The notes below the pieces were generated by a model, which worked only from the letters and a program-made list of their open reading frames with translations, searched no databases and was not told where the DNA came from. A DNA stretch of 59,548 bases, counting the filler, from Catajapyx aquilonaris (Eukaryota), in assembly GCA_000934665.2 (NCBI GenBank). It is 3 parts of 3 records of this genome, joined end to end, with 100 filler letters (N's around TTAATTAATTAA, not from the genome) between each part and the next. Parts side by side here need not be neighbours in the genome. Positions count along the whole stretch, not along the records: positions 1 to 19,781 come from JYFJ02006422.1; positions 19,882 to 39,805 come from JYFJ02006425.1; 1 more part is not named here. One strand, given 5' to 3'. Positions within the stretch are counted from its first letter, which is position 1, and every line of letters begins with the position of its first letter. The position numbers were made by a program, and so were the translations under genes. Positions 1 to 23,500 of this stretch are shown here, piece by piece.

Positions 1-1665
1 TTTTTGGACAATGTATATCGACCGCAAGGAATCCAACGGAATTTCGACCACAGCTCTACGACCTCGGGAAGTGCGAAATCTTTTCCATCCTCCTCCTCCT
101 CCTCCTATGTATCCTCCTCCTCGTTTAGGGGCTTTATATATACTTGATAACACTTGCATTGCACACCTCTCATTCATGTGAGCACAGAAGCAGAGTCAGT
201 GAGGATATGGACGGGAAAATGAGTCATACAGGGGACAGCATAATTATTCTGGAGATTATGGGAGTACAATATCAACATAAATGATGAGGGTAACTTCAAA
301 AAACTGAGAATTTCCCTTGTATAATATTGACTGGTCCAGAAACCATTGTTACACCATGTATTAAATTGAAGCCGGAATGTGAAGGGCATAAAAATATGAT
401 GGGTTGTCACTTGTCAGGTTTTCCACTAGATGAAGTGGCAGAAAATATGGCAAGTGGGTTGTCATCTAGCCCGTGTTGCCGTCTTGTGGATGATATGTGA
501 CCTTTGAGTATACCAAAATGTTTGTCATGTCTTTTAGATAGTTGCTAGGTGTTTAGGTCAAAAATAACAAAAATTTGGGATATCACGTTTTTCCACCACA
601 TGTGTTATTTACATGTTAAAGCTGATTATGTCCCAGGATACGCCTCAGGGGGCCTAATCTTAGGGACATAACCTGAGACATAATCAGCTTTAACACAAAC
701 GACACTTTTCCAGACATGGGTTCTTAGAGAAAAAAATTATCTACTCTGACCCCTCCACAAGATCTACCCTATCTAATATCTACCATATGTGCATTCGAAA
801 GGTATTTTTATGCTTTGGGACCTGGAGCATATAAAAATATCTTTCGAATGCACATATCAAATATAAGATTTGACCTGGCCTTCTTCGAGTTATGATCCTC
901 CAAATGAGGTGACTACACTGACGGGAAGCGTTTGGAACCCAAAAAGTTATTATTGTTGGCAAACATCAAAAATCGGTTCTCCAGATTTTTCGGAAATGTC
1001 AAGTAAACATTGCCCTTGTCATTTTAAGTGCCACTCAAAAGAAGTGGTAGGGGGGCATTAATAAGCAATGTCAAAATCAAACTTGTTGGCGCCATCTTTG
1101 ACTTTACATTTTTGAATGTCTTAAAAATGAACATGACCGTCTCATAGAGCGTTAATATACCCTTCGAATGCACATATCATATTTTAGATTTCACCTGAGC
1201 TTCTAGGAGATATGGCCATCTAAGTGACAGCGCTGGAGCCTCATGTAAAAACCATGTAACTCAAGATACTGGGTTTTTACTTGTAGGCCACCATTGGACG
1301 GGTCTTTTCAAGCTCTATCCACTGGTACACACCACGTCTCTCTAACTTGTTTTCCTGCAAAGTTATTCAAGTTTTTCAAGTATGAGTTATGCAAGAACTA
1401 ATGGCAGATCACGAACTTTGAGGTGCAATATCTCAAAATGGCCAAATCAGAGATACATGGTTTTTACATGAGGCTCCAGAGCGAAAGTAGGAAAAATGCG
1501 CGAAAATTGGCACATTTGACACCGTGTAGTTATGCAACCACGCAACGCAGAAGGATAATAATTTGGGTTCCTGCATAGGTCGATGAGTAGTACACGTCAC
1601 TAAGTTTTGGTCAAGGTCCTCAAGGATTTGTCGGAAGGCATTCCGCTTGACGTGGAATGGATATA

Positions 1666-2202
1666 CAGGGTGATTCTCTCGAATGGAAACCCAAACATTC
1701 CTCAATAACTTTTTAACTATGGTATGGTTCCCGATGAAAATAAACATATACTTACCTTGCCCCATGCCAAACAAGGTCTGACTAAAGAATACACCAAAAG
1801 TGGTCCCCTCCAGCATCCAAGAATTTTTAAATCCGAGTCTGCATATTGCCGAAGACGCCTGCAGAATGGCCGGCGGGAATGGCTCAAGTCCCGCCCGCCC
1901 GCTTCCTTGGTGAGACGGGATCGCAAGGCCACGGTCCCGTTGCCTTGAGATACCCCTCTCGCCAAACAGACTGGCGGGTGGGAATGGATGGGATCGCCGC
2001 CTTCAATCGGCAGGAGTCTTCGGCAATATGCAGACTCTGATTAAAAAATTCTTGTATGCTGGAGGGGACCACTTTTGGTATATTCTTTAGTCAGACCTTG
2101 TTTGGCATGATACAAGGTAAGTACATGTAAATTTTCATCGGTAACCATACCATAGTTAAAAAGTTATTGAGGAATGTTTGGGTTTCCATTCGAATCACCC
2201 TG
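1666..2202. mobile_element. Fold-back MITE of Tc1/mariner type (537 bp)
   Basis: TA|CAGGGTGATT...AATCACCCTG|TA termini with TA TSD. The two halves are reverse complements over ~230 bp (e.g. gaatggaaacccaaacattcctcaataactttttaactatggtatgg). Confidence 0.85.
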
Positions 2203-3484
2203 TATAATTATCTGGAAACTTGTCCCTTATGGTGTGGATCTTTAGAGTCCCACCCGGGCCCTGATACACTAAATCAAGGAGCAACACCCCTACACTCCGG
2301 CGAAAATTATTAGGCCTACTATTATTCAGAATGGATGATGAGAACGTGGATGCAAACAGGCCCTGACAGTGCAAAGGAACGAACGGACCATGCCTACTAG
2401 ATTTGAATTGATGGTTTGGGAGTCTTGGTCCGCCGCGCCGTGTTCCGCCACCAGATTCCCTGTGTGGTGTGTGCCAACTGGGGCTTCAAGTAACCGAAGG
2501 AACGGGTCAAGCACCGAAACTAAAGCGAAGCGGCACCCCACCTAACTACTGATATGCTGCTCTAAGGTCACGGGGCTCTGCTCTGAGGGGGAAACCTATA
2601 TGAAAAAAACTGGAGTTACAGTGGGGTAGTATCGTGTATTTCGAGTTCCATTTGTGACGGACAACTCGACTTCAAAATCCCACGAAATTCTGTGCAGTCT
2701 TTTCCTGGGCTAACTACATGCCCTTGCTACAAAAAACTTACATGGGCAGACAAATAAGGTAATTTGGAGAAACAAGGTGTTTAAAAGAAAATGAACAAGG
2801 AGCACATGTGGACCTCAGCTATGTATTACACTGAAAGTGTACAAAACCTTTCCTGGTACTTCTTGCCAGGATATGCTTTAACTTGGCTTGATTCAGTCTT
2901 TAATAACTTAATTAGTTAACAGTGTCTTATGCTATTTCACAGCTTTCTTCAACAGGAGGCATGAATATTCCATATTACTATTTTTTTATGCTAATGAATG
3001 ACTCAGCCATCATACCCATCATGACCAAAAACAAAAACAAAAAATATCCAGTCACTTCAGAGTTTGACCATGGATGCTTTTGTTTTGACTTTTCTGGCAA
3101 TGGTAGATAATGGCTAATTTTTAGAGTTGTAAATTGTTCACTATGAGCATGTTGTATCAAAGCAAATTGGGGAGTAAATCTCTGATCATGTCAGATTATA
3201 CGCTGTTAATTAGCACTGATAAAAAGAATCAAGCCAATACATTTCCACTATCAGGAAAAATTGACACTAGAGATCATGTCATCTTGGAAGTAGCTGGGAG
3301 GGTGAAACCCACCCACCATAGCCAACTGGATCAAGAACGTTTCTCATGTGTGCCCCTCCCCTCAGGATATTAATAGCAGTGGGTTCACTAATGTTGTCTG
3401 AATAAAAAATGTCAGTCTTGCAATAAACTGTGACATTACTTCAGGGGATGACTACATTTTTCAGGTACAGTTATTTTGTAAGTA

Positions 3485-3584
3485 CAGTTGACTCAAGACA
3501 TAACAGCCTCGGCTATAACATACCTCGGTTATAGCAGACTGATTTCCGTGGTCCCTTGAAGTCTGTTATATCTGGAGTCTACTG
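3485..3584. mobile_element. ~100-bp pogo/Tigger-type MITE
   Basis: TA|CAGTTGACTC...GAGTCTACTG termini with internal TATAAC repeats. A related copy lies at 20480-20581. Confidence 0.65.
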
Positions 3585-3736
3585 TGTGTATAATGAATTC
3601 AGCCTTACGCCCGATGCAAATGGAGCAACAGGATGGCAGCACATTGCTTGAAACAGGTCTCACTTGGGAGGGTGCATGCATTTGGGGTTACACAGGGAGG
3701 TTGCAGGTCCGCTTTCCCGATTCTGGTAGTGCTTTA

Positions 3737-4286
3737 AAAGGGCTGGGTCATCTCGTTCCCACCACTTTTTCTGGCAGCTTCGAGAGCAAATCCGTCAAGC
3801 AGACTTGTCTTCAACCTGCCCATATGGGCTGGCTATCACGGATATGGACATGTGGTCTTTTGCCTTGTGCGGTGAATGAACCAGAGATGCTTCTGGTCCT
3901 GCAAATGTTCGAATCAAACAATAATTGATCGATCGGCAACATGAGTAACTGCGAGTAATAACTCCCCACTCTATCTCTTTGGAGAGATAAAGTGTGGAGC
4001 TATTACTAGCAGTCGTCAGAATTTAAATATATGGATCCATAGCCGAGCCCCTGTGACGACAATTCTCAATCGAACTTCATGTTGCCGATCGATCAATTAT
4101 TGTTTGATTCTAACCGTTGCAGGACCGGAAGCATCTCTGGTTCACCCGCCATGCAAGGCGAAAGACAGCATGTCCGTATCTGTGATAGCGTGCCCATACG
4201 GGCAGGTTGAAGACAAGTCTGCACAACGGATTTGCTCTCGAAGCGGCCAGAAAAAGTGGCGGGAACAAGATGACCCATTCCCTTTC
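3737..4286. mobile_element. Non-autonomous DNA element with ~200-bp terminal inverted repeats
   Basis: 3745-3943 and 4077-4277 are reverse complements (the ORF track gives near-identical peptides GHLVP.TFSG.FESKSV.QTCLQPA on opposite strands). The TTAAAAGGG / CCCTTTCA ends suggest a TTAA-type (Kolobok/piggyBac-like) element. Small central hairpin at ~3953-4008. Confidence 0.75.
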
Positions 4287-4473
4287 AGTAGATAGTAGAG
4301 CCTAAGAGGGACTGGACATTAGAAGTGGAGGAGAATCTGATGGACTTCTATTGAAATAGGTTGAATATCACAGTTTACATGATTAGGACACCAACAAAAA
4401 CCAGGACAACAGCTGACTCCTGCTGCCTGGAAATTGCCACGACATGCCTACTTTCTAGTGGGCATCACTAGTA

Positions 4474-4593
4474 CATGGCCAGACACAATAGCAGTCCCTT
4501 GGAAATTTTCCGATGTGGGCAATGCAAGTGGTTATTGCCACTCGCGCCATTCACACCGGAAAATGTCCAAGGGACTGCTTATGTCCAGCCGTG
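4474..4593. mobile_element. 120-bp hairpin MITE with TA TSD
   Basis: TA|CATGGCCAGAC...GTCCAGCCGTG|TA. The arm gcagtcccttggaaattttccgatgtg pairs with cacaccggaaaatgtccaagggactgc. Confidence 0.7.
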
Positions 4594-5556
4594 TAGGCCT
4601 TGCATCATGCATGAAACTGAGTCTGCTGGTGCTGCTCCATTTGCACTTGGCCTTAGAATATCACAATAGGAAAAAAATGATTGTCAATAATACATACATA
4701 TCTTCATGGCATTGTCCCAAAGATGGGGTAGCCAGTGATGACATGGTGTACAACACCTTGCCATCTCGTTTGACCGAATATGACAAACCTAAGGTGACTG
4801 GTCAGGCACACGCAAAGGATATGATGAGTTTGATGATGATGAAAGATGATATGAACACAACATCCCCTCTACACATACATCCTTGTAAATACATATGCAG
4901 GGTGAAGGGAAACTAGAGTACAATCGCCAGGTAAACTTATAGTACTCGCAAAACTAATATAGGGATGTGCAAATAGTTTTTGCATAGTTAATGTGTACGG
5001 CGCAGTCAAAGATTCGTGATGTCACATCCATTCCGCCAGATTCTAAGAACCAAAAGCCAGCTCGAGGGCCTCCGGTCCCTTGCCTTGGTCCCCTAACACA
5101 TCGTCCATGTGCAATAGGTGATCAAATCCCGTCACAGGAAGAATCCGTGTATGACACCCGTGCACTTCGTTGTTTTTGCCACGTATTTTACTTGCCCAAA
5201 ATCATAATGGTACCTTCACCTGCGAATCTGCTTGGATGGAGATGGGGAAAGTGTCATACCATCGGAACGACGCTTGGTAGGATGTCATGACTTTAGCGCT
5301 GTACAGAGGTGTCTATGGTCTACCACTGAGACTAGAAATGATGCCTCTCGGACAATTACCGTAACTAATACACCCTCCTGAAAATGCGCTACCAGACACG
5401 GAAATATTCGTTCACAGCGTGCACTGACACAATATCATTCGGTCAGGAGAGTATGGCCCATACATCTTATGGCCATTTTACTCCCAGAAACCAGTGCGAC
5501 AATGCTATCTGCACGTATGTAAGGGCTGTGCGGCCAGTGTTGGCATTGCCCATGCC

Positions 5557-6637
5557 ATGGGACGTGGACGTCCCACATCTGCAGACCTGCGCGAGGCAAT
5601 TCTGAAGGCCCATGAGGATGGAAAGTCAGGCAGGGCAATCTCCACACAACTTGGACTGCAACAGAGCACTGTAGCCGACATTATTAGAAAATGTAAGCAC
5701 AGGGGCGCAGTCAAACCTAAGCTGCCCTCTGGGAGACCGAGGGAAATGACAATGAGGGATGACCGCTGCCTCCGAAAACTGGCAAAGAGGAACAGGAGGC
5801 TCACAACAGCACAACTGAAGGAAGAATGGACAGAACAAACAGCTAAAAACGTGTCGAGGGAAACCTGCCGCTGTCGAATACATGACCTAGGCCTCAGCTT
5901 CTACAAGGTAAGTTCATTTTTAAAAAATGCAAACGCGAGGTCACATTTTTATGACTGTTAACATTTTAGTCGAAGAAGAAACCTCTCTTGACAGCGAAGC
6001 ATAAACAGACCAGACTTTGTTGGGCCAAGGAAAGGCGGAACTGGAGCAAGAGGATTTGGTCAACAGTGATATTCAGCGACGAATCCACCTTCTGCGTAGA
6101 TCCTGGTGACTCTCGTCAGTGTGTAATACGCACAAAGGAGGAGGTCCTCCACCCAGATTGCCTGACCCGAACAGTGAAACATGTGTCAAGTGCGATGATA
6201 TGGGGTTGCATGGGCAGGAATGGACTTGGAAAGCTACATTTTGTCGATGGTAAAATTGACGCCAAAGCTTATCAAGACATCTTCCAGACGAATATCCTGC
6301 CGTCCATCCCAAAACTGCGGCCATTTGGTGATGCCATTTTCCAACAAGACAATGCCACACCCCATACAGCCAAACTACCAAGAAATGGCTGCAGGATAAT
6401 TAAGTTGAGGTGTTGCCATGGCCCCAAACAGCCCCGACATGAATCCAATTGAAACGGTATGGAAGAGGATGAAAAAGAGGCTTCACAAGAGTCGCCCTGG
6501 TACATTGGCAACTTTGAAGCCACCTGCAGAAAATATGGGATGCATTCATATCTGAAGCATGCGAAGCATTAAGTGATTCCATGCCAGCACGTCTTGCAGC
6601 CCTTATTGCAGCCAAAGGGGATACTACATCGTATTAA
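5557..6637 (+). pseudogene. Tc1/Minos-like transposase, two exons (5557-5907, 5970-6637), C-terminal part disrupted
   Basis: Exon 1 MGRGRPTS...GRPR...GLSFYK, then intron GTAAGT...TTTTAG (5908-5969, 62 nt, phase 0). Exon 2 SKKKPLLT...IFSDES...MIWGCM...FQQDNATPHTAK, then three frameshifts and a TAA through (W)P-NSPDMNPIE...AAKGDTTSY*. AATAAA at ~6652. Confidence 0.9.
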
Positions 6638-6827
6638 ATGTCAATGTTTGTGAATAAAAGCCTTACTGATTGCAAGTGACCGAATGATATTGTGTCAGTG
6701 CACGCTGTGAACGAATATTTCAGTGTCTGGTAGCGCATTTTCAGAAGGGCATATTATTTACGGTAATTGTCCGAGAGGCATCATTTCTAGTCCCAGTGGT
6801 AGACCAGAGACACCTCTGTACAGTGCT

Positions 6828-7110
6828 GGGTTCAGTGGGGCTTAACGTCGGCCTATTTCTGCCTCTAAGGCTCAACACCGACGCCAGGGGGTGGTCCTCT
6901 TCCTAGAAATTTTGCAGCTCTGGGGATCTTTAACGTGCACTCGCGCAATGTCACAAGCACACAGGATCGACGGCTTTACTTCCCCTCCAAAGGAAGGCGC
7001 ACTCTCACTTTTCTACCACCCGGAGAAAAGTCACCGACCTCGGCCGGGTTCGAACCCACAACCTTGGGACCAGAGGCGAGCGCGCTAACCACTAGTCCAC
7101 CAAGGCCGGC
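6828..7110 (-). mobile_element. tRNA-derived SINE with Deu/Nin-like central domain
   Basis: Minus strand has A box (ggtggactagtgg) and B box (ggttcgaaccc), then cctttggaggggaagtaaagccgtcg...gcacgttaaagatccc resembling the Deu/Nin domain. 13-bp TSD tctgtacagtgct at 6815-6827 and 7112-7124. Confidence 0.85.
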
Positions 7111-8207
7111 TTCTGTACAGTGCTAAAGTCACGACATCCTACCACGCGTCGTTCCGATGGTATGACACGTTTCCCATCTCCATCCAAGCAGATTCGCAGG
7201 TGAACGTACCATTATGGTTTTGGGCAAGTACAATCTTGCCCTCTACACTTTAAAGGCGCTGTACGCATTAACTACGCAACGGAACAACAGATTTTCGTGG
7301 CCAGCTATGGTTTTACAATCGACTTATTTATGATTAATTGTTATTCAGACAGAACCAAAACCCAATTATCTTGTCTATTTGAGGTGGAAAAGGAAGTAGG
7401 AAAAGTAGAAGATGAAAGAGGAGGCATGAGTGAAGACGATGCGAATTAATGTACTGTATTGGTAAATTGCAAATGAATGCGGGAATTTGTTTATGGGCTG
7501 CATGGCCTAATCTACCTAGGTCAGGCCAGAAATTTTCGGGAAATACGTAACTCATTATCTTACTGGATGTAATGTCCATTCTCTGACATTGAAATCGACG
7601 AATTTTTTGCACTCCAAATAGACAAGATACCTGGGTTTTTGTTGTCTTAATTACAATTCGCCGGTTTATTACTACATAGTTCTAACTCCTATTTTGAGAA
7701 AAAGTTACTTAAGAGGTGCAACTACTTCTAACTCCATCGGCAAAAAACTGGTCAGGATGCATTTCGCCGGTTTATACATAGTTCTAACTCCAAGTAGTGA
7801 TTTAAGAGGTACAACTCCACATTGCCACTTTTCGTTAGTGTTATGAAGTTCTAACTCTGGAGTTAGACTTTTGTGATTCCGAAAAAATTCAAATTATGTG
7901 ATTTAAAAGGTTCTAACTCCACTATTGTTGCTGCTGTTACAGACAACGACAATGACATTGGCACAGTGAAACACAAAATATGAGTAGGGTATGTAAGCCA
8001 CAGTATTGCAAAAATTAACTCATTAACATTCAGGCAATGAGCCTGAGTACGGGGTAAATAAAAATAAAAATAAAAAATAAATAAATAAGCTCATTACGTT
8101 TCAATGTTCATGGTCTAATTGTCGTACTGTCCAAACTTCGACTTCCCCCCCGCGCCGTCCATGAGGATGCTTATGTAGCAACGTAGGCAACATGCAACAT
8201 CTCTAAC

Positions 8208-19046
<10,839 letters not shown>

Positions 19047-19373
19047 TTTCTCCCTACTGTGTGCTTCGAAACACGCTCCTCTCCGCACTGGCTCCAATCT
19101 CCTCTCGTAACTTATGTCTTGTTCGGATCCCCAACCAACAACTAGTACCAACGTACAGTGCCCTGACCCACACTTGCTCCGTTGCTTTAACAGCCTAGCT
19201 ACGGAGGCCAACAGTCCGAATATATTCTGGAATCTGGATGTTCTGGACGGTTCTGGACGAAACCGCGGGGAGAGCTAACAGCCTGGAGAGCAGGCATGTT
19301 CGCAATTCCACAGTTGCCAGCTCACACATTTCCCGCGTACTTGTATCTATCGTTGGTACTGTACCGTTGGTAG

Positions 19374-19764
19374 CAGTACCCTGCATTAATGGCCATGCAC
19401 AGACATCGCCACCTGTCCAAGAACGAGCGGAAATAGGCGCCTGTGGGGTGCGTCCAAAATACTTGGACAGATCAAGATATAGCGGTAGATTCAAACTCTT
19501 GCTACAAAGATGGATCACAGATATATCTGTGGGATGAATTATAAGGCCATTGCGATTCCTATCAATGTATTGAGGTTGTGAGCCAGTTATTACACGGACC
19601 GAGCGAATGCCTGTTAATCCACCGCGATATCTTGAGCCGTCTATAGAGTGGACTTGTAAGCAGTCTTGATCATAAAGTATTTGGACACAGCCCACCAGAC
19701 GCCTAGTTCCGCTCAATCTGGCCAGATGGCGATGTCTGTGCATGGCCATTCATGCAGGGTACTG
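19374..19764. mobile_element. MITE with ~90-120-bp TIRs upstream of the GRWD1-like start codon
   Basis: cagtaccctgcattaatggccatgcacagacatcgcca... versus ...tggcgatgtctgtgcatggccattcatgcagggtactg. Confidence 0.8.
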
Positions 19765-19781
19765 TATGTATCGATCATAAA

Positions 19782-19881
19782 NNNNNNNNNNNNNNNNNNN
19801 NNNNNNNNNNNNNNNNNNNNNNNNNTTAATTAATTAANNNNNNNNNNNNNNNNNNNNNNNNNNNNNNNNNNNNNNNNNNNN
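19782..19881. other. Artificial contig linker
   Basis: 44 N + TTAATTAATTAA (stop in all six frames) + 44 N. Confidence 0.97.
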
Positions 19882-20479
19882 GGGGGGGTTGCTGAATTCC
19901 TGGACAGCGAAATTAGTGCGTATGACTTTTTAGGGGTACAAAAGGGTGTGAAAGCGAAAATGCGAGATGATTCGGTGAGGCTAATTAGTTGGGATAGGGT
20001 AGGGCAGATGAATTCTTTGAGTTGGAAATTTGAATATTTTAAGTGCCTTTTTAAAAGCAAAAATAAGGCCTTGGTCAGTTGCCCCCCAGCCCACTAACAT
20101 GAGTTGCAAGTAGTATTTCCACTTGATATTATTAAAAATTAAAGTTTGGACACATAGGTGATTGTCCCCGTCACCTCTGCAAAGTCAGAAATGACTAAAA
20201 ATTACAGTGCCCTCCCTTGGGAACCTCCCCTTCCCCCCTAAGAGGGCTCTGCCCTATCACGGGGTATTACAAAAAAATAATTATATTGTTGGTTGACAAT
20301 TGGTTTCCTGGCAACCAACAATATACAGTTCAAGGGGTTACCAACTTCGATACTCCGGTGTACACCTGCAGTGGTACTCCTTGGCACACTTTGGTAGTCC
20401 TTGGCACTCTTTGGTACTCCCTGGCACTCCCAGGTAGCCTACTCCTTGGTGCGCCTTGAATATGGTACTCCACAGTGTA

Positions 20480-20581
20480 CAAGTTGAATCCGGATATAAC
20501 AGCCTGGTCTATAACAGACTTTCGCTTATAACAAACTAATTTACGCGGTCCTTTGAAGTCTGTTATATCCGGATTCAACTA
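20480..20581. mobile_element. ~100-bp pogo/Tigger-type MITE (second copy)
   Basis: agttgaatccggatataacag...ctgttatatccggattcaact, same family as 3485-3584. Confidence 0.7.
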
Positions 20582-23500
20582 TATGTGTCCAGACTTTAGG
20601 GTCACCATGTATAATAATGCGAAGTAATTGGAACCTAATGAGCCGTGGCTAGCAGGTGGGTAATTTTCCACAGGTGACCAATTCGTAGCGCGGTTCCTTT
20701 TTGATGGACTTTGAAGGTGCGTACTAGAAGTCCAATTTTTTTTGGAGTTCACAAAGGATTGTATGGGGGAAAAGAACCAAAAACTCTGTGAGAGTCGGGT
20801 TATTTTTTGGGTATAGGAGAGGGTGGGGGGTGGGGGGGTTCCCTGCCGACAGGAACCTCTTTTGGGGAGGTGGAGCTGAAAGGGGACAAAGGACATTCGG
20901 TGGAGGACAGCCCCGGCAGGCTCATCTCAATTTTTACTCCCATTCTTTCTTTCACACTGTCCCTCTCTTTTCTTTCTTTTCCCTTTTGCTCTCTTTTCCT
21001 GTCAGTTGCGATGAGCATTCGCTCTTATCAGGGAGATCACAATAGCTTATGAAAATGGTCCAGCTAGCCCTTTGTTAACGCCTATTGTTACCAGCGTCCA
21101 TTACCGAACTATTGCAGACGATGTCGTTTTGTTGACTGGTGGGGTTGAAAGGGAGCAAAAGGAAATGTCGTGCAGAAATGGCAGGGAGGGATTCTTTGGG
21201 GGGATGCCGGGAAATGAATAAAAGAATGAATCCTGCTGTATTGTGAGGCTGTGAAGGATGAAAATCATTACGGGGCGTTCGACGTGAAGTGGTTTAGTAA
21301 CTATTGTGCATACTATCGCCTTGCCGGGGACCTGGAATGGCCCCCAGACGAAGAGGGAGGGAGGGCTATTCTGTTGCTGAAGAGTGCTATAGCCCGAACA
21401 GATATAGAAGAAAAGAGGGCACCTTCTACACTGCTATTCTTACTCAAAGAAAAGGGGAAAAGCGAATCGACGACATGAGACATTAAGATCAAATGAATGA
21501 TGGACTATAAGCGACTATCAGTGGATATAATTTCAAAATTCACAATATCTCACGGGGGCCAATATTCCGGGGGCTAAAAGTCCGGGGGAGAAACGGCGGG
21601 GGCGAAAAGTCCCCGACGAAATTACCATATTAATGGACCAAATGAGCATGAATGGACATCAAGGATATGAAAAGTGACATTTTGTTCAAGTTCAGTCAGC
21701 AGGTGAAGTAAGAAGGAAAGGCGACCTTCCACTGCACTTCCTCCGGTTCAACCGGTCACAGAAACCGGAAGGAAGGTAAACCAACTGTAGAGAATTACAA
21801 TAGGCAAGATTTGAACGCACGGGAGAGATGAGAAATGCCGCCACCTGGTTTGATTGGAGCGGCAGTTTAAAAGGCGTATACCTTTTCAAACTCTTGAGAG
21901 CAATGAACTGATGTGGAAATTGGCCACTGTGCAACTTGGTAGCTTGTAAATGGAGGCCTGATTCACACTGTAAAAATATAGTCGAAAATGAAATACATTT
22001 TGCAGGCATCATGGTCCATAAAATGTTTTTTTTGGGACCTCCGTTAATCATTCCTGCAACACTACATTTGTCCATATTTTATACCTGGAGAGTCTGCAAA
22101 CGAACAAGTGTCAACTGGCTCTATAGTTCTATAGTTAGCAGCTGGGAGGCATGCACATACCTAAATCCCCATTCATTCATCTCTCCAATTGTGCCAGCAT
22201 TGTTCACACATTTCTTCACGACACAGTGCAAACCAGGTGCTCGCCAGACAAACGTTTGCTGACTCCCGCCTAGTTATAGAAGAACTATAGAAGCCTCACA
22301 CCTGCCCAAATAGACATTTTTTTTTCCTGACCTCATTCTATACCTGGTGTGAACAAGGAAGACATCTGCTGCTTCATTTGCCAAGTACGAACCTTCTGAG
22401 TGACCATCAACAGTATATAGCTCACAGATTTGGGAATTTCCCACCAGGAAATGTGATTGATAAGAACGTATCATCCGCTAGGGGGCGAGAAGAGCATTAC
22501 CATTCACGTGACACTAGGAAATGATCCATTCTCGCCTAGAGTCAGGAACCGTATACATAAAAAAATATGGGAGGGTGAAGTAGAAAAAAAATATCCTTAA
22601 TTCTAAGTGCAGTCTAATGCCATAGGATTGGTGGAGAGGTGATACATCACACTAATCCAAGAAGAGCACTCTGGCAGAAAGCTCTCCATGGGGGAGCATA
22701 TGCTCATTTTCATAACTACTTGGGGGGAAACGGGTAATGGAAAAGCTGCTTTTTTTTCGTCTACCTTCTTTTGCCGCCGCTCGTCTCAGAGTTTTCGCGA
22801 ATTTGGAGACACCCTCAGATTTATTGAGAGCCATAACTCTCGTGGCGGAGTATACTCAAGATGCGCCTTGCACCAAGTCGGAGATAGAGACGTGAGGAGA
22901 ATGTAGTGAAATATATACAGAAGTTTAGGGGACGGAATACATAATGCAATGCGACGGGAGGATAAGGAATGTCTCCACTCTCAGACTAGAAGGAGTTTTT
23001 TTTTCATTGAATATTATAGAGTTGCCCTAAGATATTGCGTTATCGACATCTTTATTTCAAAGTTTGCAGTTTTATTGTACCGCTTCTGGACGATATAGTG
23101 TGTGTTACTTATGCCAATGTGGCTGTAAAACTTCGGGAGTTCTGGCTTTTAAAAAAAGTGAAGAAGCGCAAAATATGGAAATGAATTTTTGGCTGGGATT
23201 TGCTGGTTCCCAAAATTTCCATGCGATATTATATTAAGCACACTGAAGGACCGCACTTGCATCTTATTTGACCATATATTCCGTATGAACTTGTGACTCC
23301 ACCACACCTGAGCACGAAGTGTACAAAATAAATGAATAAATCGCAAATAGATAGACAGATAAATAAATATTATATCTATAAATGAGTGTTTGTGAGTTCG
23401 TTTGTTTGTCCCTTATAGAAATCCAGGGGAAGGCCCATACATCGCCTTAAACTAGCATATCGGGGGTTACATTTTTTAAGGAATTTAATGCCGCATGTTT

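Larger units (their letters stand above)
4980..7279 (+). mobile_element. Minos-like Tc1 (DD34E) transposon with long TIRs, defective
   Basis: Inverted repeats 5189-5445 versus 6677-6827 plus 7125-7230 (right TIR split by a SINE). An outer ~30-bp inverted block at 4980-5010 versus ~7249-7279. These flank a Tc1 transposase gene. Exact outer ends are uncertain. Confidence 0.85.

Noticed and set aside
4434..4916. 160-aa ORF and overlapping 64-aa ORF with CxxC pairs
   Set aside because: Overlaps the 4474-4593 hairpin MITE and has no family motifs or convincing splice context.
19047..19211. N-terminal extension of exon 1 shown in the ORF track
   Set aside because: Starts at a TTG with no homology. 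The ATG at 19046 fits the expected protein length.
19195..19749. 184-aa minus-strand ORF (and 99-aa plus ORF) upstream of the GRWD1-like gene
   Set aside because: Lies mostly in a MITE. The mirrored peptides come from the TIRs and there is no recognisable domain.
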